A stretch of 25,016 nt of DNA, taken from the IMG/VR virus record IMGVR_UViG_2675903352_000013, positions 1 through 25,016 of that record. One strand, given 5' to 3'. Within the stretch, counting starts at the first letter, position 1, and each line of letters starts with the position of its first letter. Below the pieces are notes generated by a model. That model was not told the origin of the DNA. It was given only the letters and a program-made list of their open reading frames with translations, and searched no databases. The stretch is from a virus (lineage: Duplodnaviria; Heunggongvirae; Uroviricota; Caudoviricetes). Position numbers and translations under genes: made by a program. This document shows, piece after piece, positions 23,781 to 25,016 of the stretch.

Positions 23781-25016
23781 ATGTCTAAATTACCAACAGG
23801 TGTCGAGATTCGAGGTAAATACATTCGCATCTGGTTCATGTTTCGAGGGAAACGATGTCGGGAAACATTGAAAGGCTGGGAGGTTACTAACAGTAACATT
23901 AAAAAGGCCGGGAGTTTAAGAGCATTGATAGTTCACGAAATAAATTCCGGCGAGTTCGAGTATTTAAGACGTTTTCCCCAGTCCAACACCGGGGCAAAAA
24001 TGGTGACAACGAGGGTCATAAAAACATTCGGAGAGCTTTGTGATATCTGGACAAAAATTAAAGAGACAGAGTTAACAACAAACACAATGAAGAAAACAAA
24101 ATCACAATTAAAAACCCTCAGGATAATCATTTGCGAGAGTACCCCAATATCACATATTCGTTATAGCGATATCTTAAGCTACCGAAATGAACTGCTGCAT
24201 GGAGAAACGCTTTACCAGGATAATCCAAGAGTCAACAAAAAAGGAAGAACCGTGCGCACAGTTGATAACTATATCGCCCTGCTATGTTCGTTGTTACGTT
24301 TTGCGTATCAGTCGGGATTTATATCAACCAAACCATTTGAAGGAGTAAAAAAATTACAGCGAAACAGAATAAAGCCTGATCCGTTATCTAAAACAGAATT
24401 CAATGCATTAATGGAAAGAGAAAAAGGACAGAGTCAAAACTTGTGGAAATTTGCTGTTTACTCCGGGCTTCGTCACGGGGAACTGGCAGCCCTGGCGTGG
24501 GAGGATGTGGATTTCGAGAAGGGAATTGTGAATGTCAGAAGAAACCTGACGATACTTGATATGTTCGGTCCTCCAAAAACAAATGCCGGGATCCGAACGG
24601 TAACATTACTGCAGCCTGCTCTTGAAGCACTGAAGGAGCAATACAAACTGACCGGACATTATCGCAAAAGCGAAATCACCTTTTATCATCGGGAGTATGG
24701 CAGAACCGAAAAGCAAAAACTGCATTTTGTTTTCATGCCCAGGATGTGTAACGGAAAACAAAAACCTTATTACTCGGTAAGCAGTTTGGGGGCGAGATGG
24801 AATGCAGCAGTAAAACGTGCTGGTATTCGCCGCCGTAATCCGTACCATACGCGACATACTTTTGCCTGTTGGCTGTTGACGGCAGGAGCGAACCCGGCAT
24901 TTATAGCCAGCCAGATGGGGCATGAAACTGCGCAGATGGTGTATGAAATTTACGGTATGTGGATTGATGACATGAACGACGAACAGGTAGCCATGTTGAA
25001 TGCGCGGTTATCGTAG
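23781..25016 (+). CDS. intR: Tyrosine-recombinase integrase (IntR-like), complete, ending at the window edge
   Basis: 411-aa ORF with ATG at 23781 and TAG at 25014..25016. N-terminus MSKLPTGVEIRGKYIRIWFMFRGKRCRETLKGW and C-terminal catalytic region HTRHTFACWLLTAGANPAFIASQMGHE match Rac IntR as recalled. Confidence 0.9.
   Translation: MSKLPTGVEIRGKYIRIWFMFRGKRCRETLKGWEVTNSNIKKAGSLRALIVHEINSGEFEYLRRFPQSNTGAKMVTTRVIKTFGELCDIWTKIKETELTTNTMKKTKSQLKTLRIIICESTPISHIRYSDILSYRNELLHGETLYQDNPRVNKKGRTVRTVDNYIALLCSLLRFAYQSGFISTKPFEGVKKLQRNRIKPDPLSKTEFNALMEREKGQSQNLWKFAVYSGLRHGELAALAWEDVDFEKGIVNVRRNLTILDMFGPPKTNAGIRTVTLLQPALEALKEQYKLTGHYRKSEITFYHREYGRTEKQKLHFVFMPRMCNGKQKPYYSVSSLGARWNAAVKRAGIRRRNPYHTRHTFACWLLTAGANPAFIASQMGHETAQMVYEIYGMWIDDMNDEQVAMLNARLS

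Noticed and set aside
1-25016. CRISPR arrays, rRNA genes, insertion sequences or transposase genes
   Set aside because: No regularly spaced direct repeats with unique spacers, no rRNA-like sequence, and no transposase-like ORF or terminal inverted repeats were seen.

Overview
This window looks like the integrase-proximal ~25 kb of a lambdoid, Rac-like prophage from an E. coli-like enterobacterium. All family assignments are from reading the translations and recalling known proteins; no database search was run. From right to left it carries: a complete tyrosine integrase ending at the window edge, excisionase, YdaC-like, RalR/Lar, a RecT/Bet-family annealing protein, a long RecE that is split by a frameshift, KilR, YdaE, RacC-like and SieB; an immunity region with a RacR-like repressor, divergent YdaS-like Cro and YdaT, and candidate operators; a replication module (YdaU-like initiator, YdaV DnaC-like loader); a nin-like region with an orphan HokD-type toxin; a Q-like antiterminator followed by three tandem terminators; a lysis cassette (holin, a lambda R-like endolysin with an in-frame amber codon, Rz/Rz1); and a packaging operon (ParB-like protein, GT-A-like protein, small HTH protein, putative TerS, TerL, portal, start of a head protein). 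The standout observation is in TerL: its Walker A P-loop is interrupted in frame by a ~336-aa intein-like insert, and the interior of that insert carries a well-formed HNH endonuclease gene on the opposite strand. Other points worth follow-up are three perfect 19-bp palindromes inside the initiator gene (candidate origin), a phased TGCGCA repeat array inside terS (candidate pac site), and the uncharacterised ParB-like/GT-A-like gene pair. Several track ORFs begin at TTG or GTG, so some starts below are reassigned to internal ATGs with better ribosome-binding sites.
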